From NCBI GenBank assembly GCA_964016885.1, contig CAXHJY010001192.1:1-57547 (forward strand): a stretch of DNA of 57,547 nucleotides, read 5' to 3'. Positions 28,908 to 41,214 of this stretch are shown here, piece by piece. The position numbers and the translations under genes are program-made. The DNA is from Eledone cirrhosa (taxonomy: Eukaryota). Each line of letters starts with the position of its first letter. The first letter of the stretch is position 1. The notes beneath the pieces are model-generated. The model did no database searches. It was not told the DNA's origin and saw only the letters and a list, made by a program, of their open reading frames with translations.

Positions 28908-31900
28908 CCGTTTTACGTTCGTTCTTCCACGCTAGCATGGGTTAGACGGGTTGTCCTGTTGTGGGCAGTGTCTGGTCGGCTGACCATGCCTTGCTCATAC
29001 AGGAACTGATCTGGCTTGATTTCTACAGCTGGATGCCCTTCCTAACACCAACCTCATTTACAGTGAGTGCTGGGTGCTTTTTCGTGGCGCCTACACGTCC
29101 ACTTTACAGTGTGGGCTGGGTGCTTTTTTGCCGTGGCACCTCCACGACCACCTTGCGGTGGGGGGGGGGCATATTGTTTATATGCTTCAGCATGTACCCA
29201 TGGGAGGTCGGGTACCCTGTATTACTGCGTGACGCCAGAAGTCACGGTCGTGTGTCATTGACTTTGAGAGGTGTAGTTGGGTAAGGTCGGCTTTTATCAC
29301 CTCATCCCAAGTCATCTTGGGTCTCCCCACTCCGCGGTTTCCATCAACTTCTAGTGCTCTGCACCTTTTTATGCAGCTGTCATCCTTCATACGCATCACA
29401 TGTCCATACCAGCGTAACCGCCTCTCCTGCACGCAGCATTTGATTCCTCTTATGCTCAGTCTCTCTCTCAATTCATTTATGCTTTGTCGTTCACGTATAT
29501 TACTGTTACACATCCATCGGAGCATGCAGGCTTCGTTTCTCTCTAATCTACGTAAGTCTTCCACCTTCAGCGCCCAGGTCTCACTACCATGCAACATCGC
29601 TGTTCGGATACACGCATCATACAGTCTGCCTTTCATTCTGAGGGAGAAGCCTTTTGCAGCTAGCAGTGGTAGTAGTTCCCTAAACTTCTTCCATCCCGTT
29701 CTTACCCTAGTTATTGTACTTTCTGAGCACCCACCTCCGTTGCTAATTCGGTCACCTAGGTAGCAGAAGCTGTCTACTGTTTCTACAGGGCCCTCCCAGA
29801 GATTGGTGGTACTTGTTTCCTGTGGCTGTTTGCTTGCTGTTTCAGCACAGCTGCTGCATGTGAATCCTACATTCTTAATTAAGCTTCCTGAGATCCCGCT
29901 ACATCTCTTGTGTACCCATTGTTTGCATTTGGGGCAAAGAATGGAGTTCCTACCTACACCTTTCCTACATACTGAGCAAGGCCATTTCCCTGAGGGGATC
30001 TGGGTTCTGTTTTCTCGTCTACTTATAAGGACCTTAGTCTTTGTCATGTTGACTTTGAGGCCCTTTCTCTCTAGTCCCTGCTTCCAGGTTTGGAATTTAT
30101 TCTCTAGTTCTACCATAGATTCAGCTATGAGTGCGAGGTCATCAGCATACAGGAGTTCCCATGGGCATCCGGTCTTAAACTCCTCCGTTATTGCCTGCAG
30201 GACTATGATGAACAGGAGAGGGCTAAGAACAGAGCCCTGGTGGACCCCAACCTGTACGCTAAATTCCTCGCTATACTCATTGCCAATCCTAACTTTGCTG
30301 ACTGCTCCCCTATACATGGCTTGTACCGCTTTCACAAGCCATTCATCTACTCCTAGTTTTCTAAGAGCCCACCAGATTACTGCACGTGGAACTCTGTCAA
30401 AGGCTTTCTCAAGGTCGACAAATGCCAAGTAGAGTGGCTTACTTTTAGCTAGGTACTTTTCCTGTAATTGCCTCACAAGGAAGAGCGCATCAGTGGTGCC
30501 TTTCCCTGGTACAAACCCAAATTGCATCTCGTCTATATTCACCCGGTCCCTAATCAGCTGTGCTATAACTCTTTCTGTTACTTTCATGACCTGGTCCATC
30601 AACTTTATACCTCTATAGTTTCCTCTATCTAGTGCATCGCCTTTACCTTTGTAGCAGTTGACAATGATGCTACTGCACCAATCTTTTGGTATGGCCCCCT
30701 CTAGTATTACCTGGTTAACGATACGTGTGGTTATAGTGTGACCTACAGACCCAGATGCCTTCAGCATCTCGGCAGCTATACCCGATGGACCGGTTGCCTT
30801 CCCTATCTTCATATCTCTGATTGCCTTACTTACTACGCTGCCGCTGACTTGTACTGCTGGTCCCTCTATAGGGTCTACGTGGGGTAGGGTCTCTTCTTCC
30901 CATGCATTCTCCTCATTTAGTAATCTATCATAATGACTCTTCCATGCATCTTTCTTCTCAGCACTTGTGAGGGCAAGCTCACCTTTATCATTCCGGATAC
31001 ACTTCTCTCCAATGACATCACAACTATCTCTGACACACTGCCTCGCAATCTTGAATACCTCCTGTTTCTGGTCCTCACGTTGTAAAACATGCTTGAATTT
31101 TCTATCCTCTGCTTCCCTCCTAGCTAAGTATACTTGTCGCCTAGCTTCCCTCTTGGTCTCTATGTAATGTACCCTGCTCCCCCCGTTCTTCCATTCTTTC
31201 CATGCCTGTCTCTTGGCCTTGACTGCTTCATCTACCTTATTGTTCCACCACCAAGTCACTCTCCTCCTGCTTGAGGTCTTACTCCAGCCACAAACCTCAT
31301 CCGTCGCCTCTAGTAAGTTATTTTTTAGGAACTCCCAGTTCTCTTCTACGTTAAATGTCTCTATCTGTTCTTCTTTACTGTCGTAGGCGTTGAGTAAAAT
31401 ATCTTTAAATCTGTTACTGGTTGAGGGGACTTTCAGCTTCCAGATCTTTCTTCTCCAGGTTGGCCTCTGTTTCAGGGCTCGTCTAGTTCTGACCGTGAGG
31501 TCGCTGACAACTAAGCTATGTTGGGATGTACATTCCTCACTAGGGAAGGCTTTTGTGTTTACGACCGTCCATCTGTCACGTCCTCTGATGAGGATAAAAT
31601 CTAACTGACTAGAGTGCTCCCCTGATCTATAGGTGATCAGGTGGTTGTCGGGTTTTTTAAAGTTTGTGTTACATATCGACATGTCGTTGGCGTCGCAGAA
31701 TTCTAGAAGTCTGAATCCTTCCTCATTCCTTGTGCCAACTCCATGGCCTCCATGTACTCTATTGAAGCCGTCGCAGTGTTTACCTACGTGTCCGTTAAAA
31801 TCTCCTGCAATGATTAGGAAGTCCTTGTCGTCTGTTAGAGCAGTAGTGTGTATTAGGGACTCGTAAAACCTATCCTTAAGTTCGTCTGGCAGCCCCGATT

Positions 31901-33270
31901 GGGGTGCGTAAGCTGATATTATTGTGGTAATTGTCTTATTCAGGACTAGTCTGAGTTTAATGATTCTTGCATTTACCCTGTACACTGAGATTACTTTATC
32001 TACCCACTTGTCAGCTAATAGTATACCTACACCACCCATCCCATCGTCATTTCCCACCCAGAAAAATTTGTAGCACTGGCTTTTTCCTACAAGGACTCTA
32101 GCAGACCCTCCTCTCCATCTAGTCTCTTGCACACAGCATACATCAACTTCCTTTCGCTCTAGCATTTCTACGATTTCTCCTGCTCTTCCTTTCATTGAGC
32201 CTACATTGATGGTACCAACTCGGAGTTTTGGGCATTTGTCGACACTCGTAGGGGAGGGTCTCTGGGTTGGCGCTTCACGTGGGTGCTTGGTAGCTCGCAG
32301 ATTCATATTTCATCTATTGATTCAGAGTTGCTCGTGTATTCCCAGCTCATCCATCCATAACGGTGGGAAAATTGAGGGCTAGAAGGACAGTGGTGGTGGG
32401 GTAATGGCAGGGTGTGTTGCGATGCGCCAGAGGAGGAGAGAGTTAGTTAGGCAGGTAGTAGCAGCAGCAGCAGTGGAAATGGCATGCTAGGTTTGATTGG
32501 TCGAATAGACTATGGTGGTGTGTGGGGGTGGGGGGGAGGGAAATTGTGAGGTAGGAACTGAGGGTCGCATGGTAAATATCCAAGTTAATACTACATCAGT
32601 AAAATTAACAATAATAACGTCATGAAAAAAGCTACTAAGAGAAACCCTCGAAAATTTATCGCTAATACAGCAGGGAAAATTTAACGCTAATACAGCAGGG
32701 AACATCATAATATTAACGACAATATGTAGGCTAAAATACCTTCGTAGATTAGATGGATGGCTGGCTGGGAAAATTGGAATCAGCTCTAGTGGTACATTTT
32801 AGCAGAGAAGAATGGGAAAGTGTCTTATCTCTTCAATATTTTCAGATTGAATGAATTAGGTTAAAGACAGGGTAGTAAGCCTTAAAGAAGTGCATAGAGA
32901 GGGGGGGGGGGGTAGGAACTGAGGGTCGCATGGTAAATAACTGAGAGAGATACAATAGGATTAGAATACCGCATGGTAAATATCCAAGTTAATAAGTTAA
33001 TACTACATCAGTAAAATTAACAATAATAACGTCATGAAAAAAGCTACTAAGAGAAACCCTCGAAAATTTATCGCTAATACAGCAGGGAAAATTTAACGCT
33101 AATACAGCAGGGAACATCATAATATTAACGACAATATGTAGGCTAAAATACCTTCGTAGATTAGATGGATGGCTGGCTGGGAAAATTGGAATCAGCTCTA
33201 GTGGTACATTTTAGCAGAGAAGAATGGGAAAGTGTCTTATCTCTTCAATATTTTCAGATTGAATGAATTA
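28908..33270 (-). mobile_element. RTE-clade LINE family A, long copy including 5' tandem monomers
   Basis: Intact ORF. The 3' UTR matches the other family A fragments, and the 5' boundary abuts (TA)n. Confidence 0.92.
29187..32306 (-). CDS. RTE polyprotein: AP endonuclease, RT, inserted C4HC3 finger, RTE C-terminus
   Basis: GTINV, QETRW, YAPQ, GDFNGH, SQH; NYRGIKL, QFGF, FVDLEKAFD, GVHQGS, YADD; [15 protein letters not shown]. 1039 aa with no stops. Confidence 0.95.
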   Translation of the reverse strand: MNLRATKHPREAPTQRPSPTSVDKCPKLRVGTINVGSMKGRAGEIVEMLERKEVDVCCVQETRWRGGSARVLVGKSQCYKFFWVGNDDGMGGVGILLADKWVDKVISVYRVNARIIKLRLVLNKTITTIISAYAPQSGLPDELKDRFYESLIHTTALTDDKDFLIIAGDFNGHVGKHCDGFNRVHGGHGVGTRNEEGFRLLEFCDANDMSICNTNFKKPDNHLITYRSGEHSSQLDFILIRGRDRWTVVNTKAFPSEECTSQHSLVVSDLTVRTRRALKQRPTWRRKIWKLKVPSTSNRFKDILLNAYDSKEEQIETFNVEENWEFLKNNLLEATDEVCGWSKTSSRRRVTWWWNNKVDEAVKAKRQAWKEWKNGGSRVHYIETKREARRQVYLARREAEDRKFKHVLQREDQKQEVFKIARQCVRDSCDVIGEKCIRNDKGELALTSAEKKDAWKSHYDRLLNEENAWEEETLPHVDPIEGPAVQVSGSVVSKAIRDMKIGKATGPSGIAAEMLKASGSVGHTITTRIVNQVILEGAIPKDWCSSIIVNCYKGKGDALDRGNYRGIKLMDQVMKVTERVIAQLIRDRVNIDEMQFGFVPGKGTTDALFLVRQLQEKYLAKSKPLYLAFVDLEKAFDRVPRAVIWWALRKLGVDEWLVKAVQAMYRGAVSKVRIGNEYSEEFSVQVGVHQGSVLSPLLFIIVLQAITEEFKTGCPWELLYADDLALIAESMVELENKFQTWKQGLERKGLKVNMTKTKVLISRRENRTQIPSGKWPCSVCRKGVGRNSILCPKCKQWVHKRCSGISGSLIKNVGFTCSSCAETASKQPQETSTTNLWEGPVETVDSFCYLGDRISNGGGCSESTITRVRTGWKKFRELLPLLAAKGFSLRMKGRLYDACIRTAMLHGSETWALKVEDLRRLERNEACMLRWMCNSNIRERQSINELRERLSIRGIKCCVQERRLRWYGHVMRMKDDSCIKRCRALEVDGNRGVGRPKMTWDEVIKADLTQLHLSKSMTHDRDFWRHAVIQGTRPPMGTC

Positions 33271-33292
33271 TATATACATGAATTATATATAC

Positions 33293-33326
<34 letters not shown>

Positions 33327-33558
33327 ATACATATATATATACATATACATATATATATACATATACATATATATATACATATATATATACATATATATAT
33401 ACATATATATATACATATATATATACATATATATATACATACATATATATATACATATATATATATATACATATATATATACATATATATATATATACAT
33501 ATATATATACATATATATATACATATATATATATATATACATATATACATATATATAT

Positions 33559-33629
<71 letters not shown>

Positions 33630-33632
33630 TAC

Positions 33633-33683
<51 letters not shown>

Positions 33684-33688
33684 CATAT

Positions 33689-33747
<59 letters not shown>

Positions 33748-33841
33748 TACATATATATATACATATATATATATATACATATATATATACATACATATAT
33801 GCATATACATATATATATACATACATATATACATACATATA

Positions 33842-33891
<50 letters not shown>

Positions 33892-33903
33892 TACATATAT
33901 ATA
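33271..33903. repeat. (TA)n/TACA array
   Basis: Seen directly. Confidence 0.97.
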
Positions 33904-33993
33904 TAATGGTATAAGCCCAATGAAGATATCTTCATTGGGCTTATACCATTAAGTTCACATGAAGATATGTCACTATCTTAACACCAAATATTA

Positions 33994-34054
33994 TATTTTA
34001 TCTGACGAAAGCGTACTTAAATATTAATACCCTTGAAATACGTATAATAAAATA
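33994..34054 (+). ncRNA. Minimal type-I hammerhead ribozyme (family H1)
   Basis: tattttat-CTGACGA-aagcgtacttaa..ttaataccctt-GAAA-tacgtata-ataaaata. Stem III is the perfect palindrome ATACGTAT. Preceded by a 48-bp perfect palindrome at 33904-33951. Confidence 0.8.
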
Positions 34055-34702
34055 AATATGGTTTTATAAAGATATTTTACATTTATTAATATTCTTAATA
34101 TTAATGATACTCCAGATAAATTTTGTAGAATGCTTCTAATTTGTTGTAAAATTAACTTTGTTGAATAACAAGAAACCATATAACTCATTGTTTTTATATA
34201 TATATATATATATATATATCAGGCTTCTGCACAGATTCCATCTGCCAAATTTCTCTTACAAAGCATTGCTCATCCTGAACCTTGAATAGAAGACACTAGC
34301 CCAAGGTGCCAAACAGTAGGTCTAAATCTGAAACCTACATTCCAACCCTCAAATAGCCTGATTTCTCCCTTTCCTCAAATACCGTCATTAATAAAATTTA
34401 CTAAGTTTACTACAAACACAAACCAGCACTGCTGATGATGGGTTACAAACTCTGAAGTGCTAATTAATTCATTAACCATTGAAACTTAACTCAGCAACAT
34501 GTGCAATTTTTTTAATCTTTGACAGTGGGCCATTTTGTCACTACATTGATCCCCGATCCACAATATGCCGGATGCCCCCTCCCCCCTCGGCCAAGGAAAA
34601 TGCACTCACATTTAACCATTAGTCTTGTTTCTAACTCAATAAACAATGCATTTATTGTCATTTATAGAGTGTGTATTATTTTTCTGGGACACCCTGTATG
34701 TA

Positions 34703-34744
<42 letters not shown>

Positions 34745-35541
34745 GCTGAAGAACTAATTTAATAATAATTCAGTATTTTACTAAAAAGATTACATGATGT
34801 CTTAGTATGAAATGGTGAAGAAAGTATGATAACAATCTGATTATGGTATATTTAACTAGAAAAATAACATACTTTACACAATCAATCATATTATTGCATG
34901 ATGTTTTTCATTGAATAGAAACAGAAGCATTATATTACAACACTGAACATGAAGCATTTCTTAAAGCAGATCATTAGACATCACAGCAAAATATTTCATA
35001 CAATAACTGTCACTGATTCAAAAATAAATATTTTGGTAGCTTTCTTTAACAGAAATTCCATGAATGGTAAATTTATTTTTCAGAATAATGTAATCATATA
35101 TATATATATATAGCAAGAAAAGGAAAAGCATTATGAGAAAGCAGTGTAAAAAAAAATAATGTAGAGGAAACCATTCCATTATTTACAATACAATGTATCT
35201 AATGCATGTATGAAAACATTGCCAACACAATGAAAACATGCAATAATTTAAATCACAAATTAACTTCTTTGGCAACATGCAACAGATAGTCTTCTACTTA
35301 ACACTCAAAACTTAACACAGCTGCCATCATATGATGTGTTAATAAAGACAAATGAAAATGGATTGATTTTATTAAATATAGCAACAGAAAAAAATAACTA
35401 AAAAACAATAAATTGATTTTTTTTTTATACCAGATCACATGAAACTGCTCCTGATTCTATGATACAAAACTCTTTGTTTTAAAGTGTAATATTTATCTGA
35501 AAAGCGCAGGCAACTTCTTTCATTTGAAATGTGCTAATAAT

Positions 35542-35703
35542 TGTTTCTACTTTAGGCACAAGGCCAGCAATTACTCAGTGCATTACTGGTACTTTATTTT
35601 ATCGACCCCGTAAGGATGAAAGGCAAAGTTAACCTCGGCGGGATTTGAACTCAGATCGTAAAGGAACGTAACTATGCTGGAAAGCATGGCGTCCGACCCT
35701 CTA
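35542..35703 (-). mobile_element. tRNA-derived SINE, 5'-truncated, with target-site duplication
   Basis: B-box gagttcaaatcc and cctttcatccttacggggtcgataaa core. atgtgctaataat occurs on both sides. Homologous to 43199-43386 and 56453-56640. Confidence 0.85.
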
Positions 35704-37070
35704 TGTGCTAATAATGAAAGGATTAAAGTGTTTTTACATTTATCTAAAAATCTTCACTATAATTTTATTTAAGAGCCTTTAAGTTAATTCCCAAACATCA
35801 GTTTAATAATGAGAAAGTTATATTACTAAATCCCTCCAAATTCTCTCTTTTCAAAATATTTTTGAAGTCATAAGCATTGTGATTTATTAGAAATATAATA
35901 ATGAAATGGGAAGGATATCTAGAAATAATGGTTTTATTTCACAAGTGTTCAACATATTAATTTATTAATGACACTAACCTATATAGTAAACAAAGGATTC
36001 AACAATAATTTCAAATTAAATATTAACATGCTATTACCACATGTAAGAATGTTTATTGAACATTCAAACATGAGAACTCAATACATGTGAGTAATGTATG
36101 AAATATATTTTCCAAAGAAATAGTCAGCAGTGATGTTAAGTTTCAACATTACCTCATCACACTGGTGAGGTAATGCCAAAACTTCAAAGTCAAAATCACC
36201 CTTTTCTTCAAAATACACACACACGTTTACTAATTGCTATTAATTCTAATTACAGAAATCAGAACATGCACTAAAATATTTTTTTTAAATTATTCAATCA
36301 CCTTATCGATAGTATTATATCGGCAATATAATTTAAGTACGATTATATACATTATATATACACACACATATATACATATATATTCATATCTGTATAGAAA
36401 CAGTACAGGTTTTAAGTGGGGCTGCCGCAAAGAATGTGTGTAAGTAAACACTCATTTACAGATGTAAACATGTCAACATATTACCACATTTCCCTGTAGA
36501 TTGAGAAATGTGTGAATAAAACATATTTACACATCTAAATGTATGTATGTTTACATACTTATTCAATTAAACCCAGTGCTCTTTCTCTACAAATACAAAT
36601 TTATTGTATATTTCAGTTACTTAGTGCATAATTTAATATATCATTAAAATATTTTCTCAAATGACATGCAGCAAACCAATAATTAAGTTGGATAAATATA
36701 TGTTCTGAAATATTATGAAATAAGATCTAAAAAGAAAATACTGTGCTTTACTATTTTAGTGGAGTAAAGTTATTTTCTCTTCTGAATCTAATAGGATAAA
36801 TAGAAATCTCATTACAGTTGATATCTGGTATTAAGTTACCAATAAGAAAAAGAAAACTGATGCCAATACATGCAGAAATACATATCTTGCCTCCCCACTA
36901 GCAGTACTATTTCACCCTTTTATAACTAATGTCTAATTGAATAAAATAATAGAAAAATTACAGTAGATGTTTGGCTATGTGCTACACATGTTCACAAAGT
37001 GACCAGTCACAGCTGCGATCATATGAAAGCCAGTGGGTGTGGATGGATATAGGTGGCGTGGCAGATTTGT

Positions 37071-37270
37071 CAGGACCTGCTTAAGGTCTGTGGAGGACAA
37101 CTTCGCAGACTTTGACCTTGCCTGATCTCAAAGCAGGCACAGGACCTGCTTTAGGTTTGTGGAGGAGGACCTTGCTGGCACAGACATAATCTGATCTCAG
37201 AGCAGGTTCAGGAGCTTCTTGAGGGCTGTGGACTTGAACCTAACTTGATTTCAAAGTAGGCTCAGGACCT
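37071..37270. repeat. Degenerate ~69-bp tandem repeat (about 3 units, each starting caggacctg)
   Basis: Units start at about 37071, 37140, 37209 and 37263. Confidence 0.7.
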
Positions 37271-37759
37271 GTTCGATGACTCAACAAAAATTGATACACC
37301 TTAAATCTTCAAATGTGTTTTTAAATAAATTAATTCATTTTATTAGATTTGAGTGCCAACACAACCAGACTATTTTTTTAAAAAATAAGCCTTGTCTTAT
37401 ATTTCAATTAATAACTAAATAATGATAAAATTATATTACTAAATCTTTACAAATTCTTTATTATTTATAAAAATAAATGAAAATTATCGACAGTGTATTT
37501 CATTAAAAATATTTTAACAAACTGCCCATGGTTTTATGATATAAGAGGTTTGTTTTAGAGTGTTTGCATTTATCTAAAAACCTTCCATCATAATTTTATG
37601 TAAGAACCTTTTTTAACTTATAAATAGACAAGCTTGAAGGTGCAAGTAAACAAATTAAAAATTCAGTGATAACACACACTAACAAAACACATTAGTCGTG
37701 AAAAACTAAAACAGTGGTACGTCAAAGTCAGGCCTGTTGAAAGAGCTAGTAACACTTAC

Positions 37760-37834
37760 CAGTTACCGGGCATAGTCGCAATTTGTTATTTCTTTGAATT
37801 GGAGCAACCATCTCTTGGATGTTTTTCTTTAAAC
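37760..37834 (-). other. Candidate 75-nt phase-1/phase-1 host exon ((G)LKKNIQEMVAPIQRNNKLRLCPVT)
   Basis: Acceptor ttttcatgcag|G and donor CTG|gtaagt, with exactly one stop-free frame. No protein recognised. Confidence 0.35.
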
Positions 37835-38100
37835 CTGCATGAAAAGTGTGAGGGGATAAGGGAAAGCTGAATAATGTGAACAGACCAATGACATGGCTGA
37901 AGAGATGTAGAGTAGACATCCTGGTCCTCATTAGACTTTCCTCAGATGAAAATAATAGTTAAATATATAAAATAAAATATCATGCCTAAATACTGTAACA
38001 GAAGAGCCTTGCAATAGCTGATAGCTTCAAATGGTGAAAACAAAACAATTCTACATGGTGTAAGAATTCAACAACAAATCTATTCATCTTACAAGTTTAA

Positions 38101-38710
38101 CTCTTTTGATATCAAACTGTCTGAACCTGGAATATCCCTGGTTCAATTCTACAAAATTATTTTTATCTAAAAACTTTTTATAAGTTTATGTACGAATCTT
38201 TGTTGAATTAAGACTCAAACACCAGCTTAATGAGAAAGTTAATTATATTACTAAATCCATCAAATTTCTTTGTTATTTTCAAAATCTCTGCCAGGAGTTA
38301 TGACTGGTAAATAGTATCAGCAATGGAAAGACCAATAGAAATATTGTTTCCTTGGTCCAATTTGACGAGTTCCACCCCCACTCAGTAAGCAAATGGTTAA
38401 AAAAAAAAATGTATGTATGTATGTGTGTATACACACACACACGTGTATATATCACCATCATCACTATTTTATGATGATGATGATATATATATATATATAT
38501 CTGCCAGGGGTTGCGACTGGGAAATAGTATCAGCAATGGAAAAAAAACAATGGAAACCTCGTTTCTATGGTCCAATTTGACGAGTACCACCCAACCTGGA
38601 AAGCGAATGAAGTCCATGATTTTGTCAACTGATTGATAAAGAATAATAATTTTTAAAATTAATTGAAAATTAGATGCAGTGTCTTTTATTAGAAATATAC
38701 CATGAAAGGG
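38101..38710. mobile_element. TTAA-flanked MITE-like repeat (piggyBac-like termini), interrupted by an insertion at 38286-38640; relatives at ~35430, 38715 and 39330-39565
   Basis: ttaa|ctctttt...aaaggg|ttaa, with shared internal text (ctggttctatgatacaaa; aatgagaaagtta..tactaaatcc). Confidence 0.55.
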
Positions 38711-40019
38711 TTAACTCTTTTGATAACAAAACACCTGAAATGCACCTGGTTCTATGATACAAAACTGTTTGTTTTAATAAGTTTATGTTTATCTTAATGG
38801 GTTTGTATTTAAAGGAAATAAGAATAAAAGTATTTATAAGAAGTCTTGAACAATAAAACAAACTAAAAAAGGTATAGTTTTTTTTTTATTTATGACCTAC
38901 CTTTTTTGTGTTATTTGATTGTTTTTTAATTCTTTAAATTCCTCAGAACATTCACCAAAATTGAATATCATAATTATTTCTAATACACAATCTTAATATT
39001 ATAACACTAACAGTTATGCATTTTTATTTTTATTTCAAATAATCAAACCATTTAAATGTTCACCCAATTCACCGAGGTGTTCAACACTATAATATTTTGA
39101 TGCATTTAAAATAATAATAATTAGTATTTATTATGACAAAGCAAATTTTGTAAGAAGAATGTATAAACAAAAGATTTAATAACTAATATATATTTTAGCA
39201 ACCACAATAAAATAGTTGGATATTGAGCCAAGACAGCATTGGTTCAAGAGAATACTTTAGTCTAGTTGAGCATATGGTAAACTATCTAGGGTTGGTACCA
39301 TGATAAAATAAATGCAGTACACAACCTAATCCTTTCTGATACCAAACTGACTGAAACCAACCCTGGTTCTAGGATACAAATATATTTAAATATGTTTATA
39401 TATATCTAAAAATCTATCATAATTTTACATAAGAACCTTTTGTTATGTCCCAAACTCCAGTTTGATAATGAGAAAGTTAGTTATACTACTAAATCCCTCC
39501 AAATTCTAGATAACTTTCAAAATGATCTGAAAATTATAGGCATCAGAATATGGTAATCTAAGAGTTAAAATGGTTGTTGTTAGAAAGGGCCTCAAGCTAT
39601 AAAAAACATGATTAAAATGAAAGCAGGGTGTGATCTTTTGACCCATCTAGGAATACAATAACTCGAAACAAAGACATGGACTGTGGTGATCCATCCTCCC
39701 CTTAACAGCAAGGGAAGCTGACAGATAGTGATGAAGATGACAATGAGGATGTGGTGATGGTGATGGTATAAAAAGTACAACATCACTGACATACTTAAAC
39801 TAAGAAAACTGTAACATTAAGTTGGCTTCAACTATTTGATTTATCTCCAGCAATAACAAAACTAAAGTTCATTATACAAAAATCAATAACTAATTTTGCC
39901 TTGGTAGGAATCAAAACTTAATAAGAGCTGGTTAGTTTACACAGAGACAACATACTTAATTAAAAACATAACACCTTGTATATACACAAACTAGCAAAAA
40001 TAAGTATGGCATGAGAGAG

Positions 40020-40520
40020 TACTTAGTAATGTAACAGTGCTAATGCCATGATAAAATGCAGCAAGCCCACTCTGTTAAGTGGTAGTACTAGTGCCATGAT
40101 AAAATGGACCAAGCCCACTTTTAAGTGGTAGTGCTAGTGTCATGATAAAATGCAGCCAGCCCATTCTGGAAAGTGGTACTGATGGTGTAACATTAAACAA
40201 TGCACACAGTACACATAGTAATGTGAAAGTGGCAGTGCTAGTGCTGTGATAAAATGCATTTAGTACACTGTTATGTGTAAGTGCTGGTGCTACAATAAAA
40301 TGCACCCAGTACACACTAATTTGGTAGAGCTAGTGCCATGATAAAATACACCCAGTACATGCTGTAAAAGTTAAAAGTGGTTGGCATTAGACAGAGCATC
40401 CAGCTATAGAACCCATGCTAAAAAGTGAAACATGAGCAAGAAGTGGTTATATGATCTGTTTTACCTCAGAATGTGACAACTCTTCCAACTTATGCCAGCA
40501 TAGAAAATAGACATAGAAGA
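40020..40520 (+). mobile_element. Old RTE-tail-derived repeat with internal tandem units (gtgccatgataaaatgcacccag)
   Basis: Repeated ~40-45 bp units, then gtggttggcattag..gcatccagct..atgccagcat as in the RTE 3' UTR. Confidence 0.6.
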
Positions 40521-41214
40521 GTGGAAACAAAAATAGATGAAAGGCATATTTAGATGAAGACTGAAAAGTTGCTAGAACTCTGTCTAGTTTGGTTGAAATA
40601 TCAGAAATGGATAATTCAATAATGAATAAACAAGTGAAAACATTTCTTTACAGAACTAGGAAATAATCTCACAAAATTATCAAAATCTAAATCAATAAAA
40701 TAAATATTTTATATATTTTATGGCTTCCATTATACAGAAAGAGAATATTATTTCAGGTGGGCCCAGATAGTATATATTTATTTAATCAATTTAAACGTTT
40801 GTATAGAGCTAGTAAACCATGACAAACATGGCAAGTATCTAGTACTTCTTACAGACAGGGATTATCATTTCAGATGGGCCCAGGAAGTATTTATTTACCT
40901 AATCAATCTAAATGTCTGTATAGAGCTAGTAAGCCACAACAGACTAGGGGAAATATATAGTACTTCTTACAGTTGAGATACAAGAAACAGGATATACAGA
41001 GGTAACTCCTTAAAGGAGAAAACAATTATCATAATAGTTTTTCAGTTTATAACTTCAGTTAATTCTGTCAGGAGTTGTGACCAGTAGATAATATCAGCAA
41101 TTGGAAAGACCAATGGTTACATTGTTTCCGTGGTCCAATCTGATGGGACGCACCTCACTCAGTAAGCGAATGAGGCCTGGGATCTTGTTGATTTGGAGAA
41201 AAAAAATGCTTGTG

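Noticed and set aside
29317-31866. Antisense ORFs over the RTE ORFs (also 51648-54589, 15582-16028, 18174-18620)
   Set aside because: Shadow frames of the retrotransposon coding strand, with no recognisable motifs.
38570-38615. Hammerhead- or HDV-like motif in the 130-bp repeat (TTGACGA...GCGAATG)
   Set aside because: No GAAA box, and I could not build consistent stems across the three copies.
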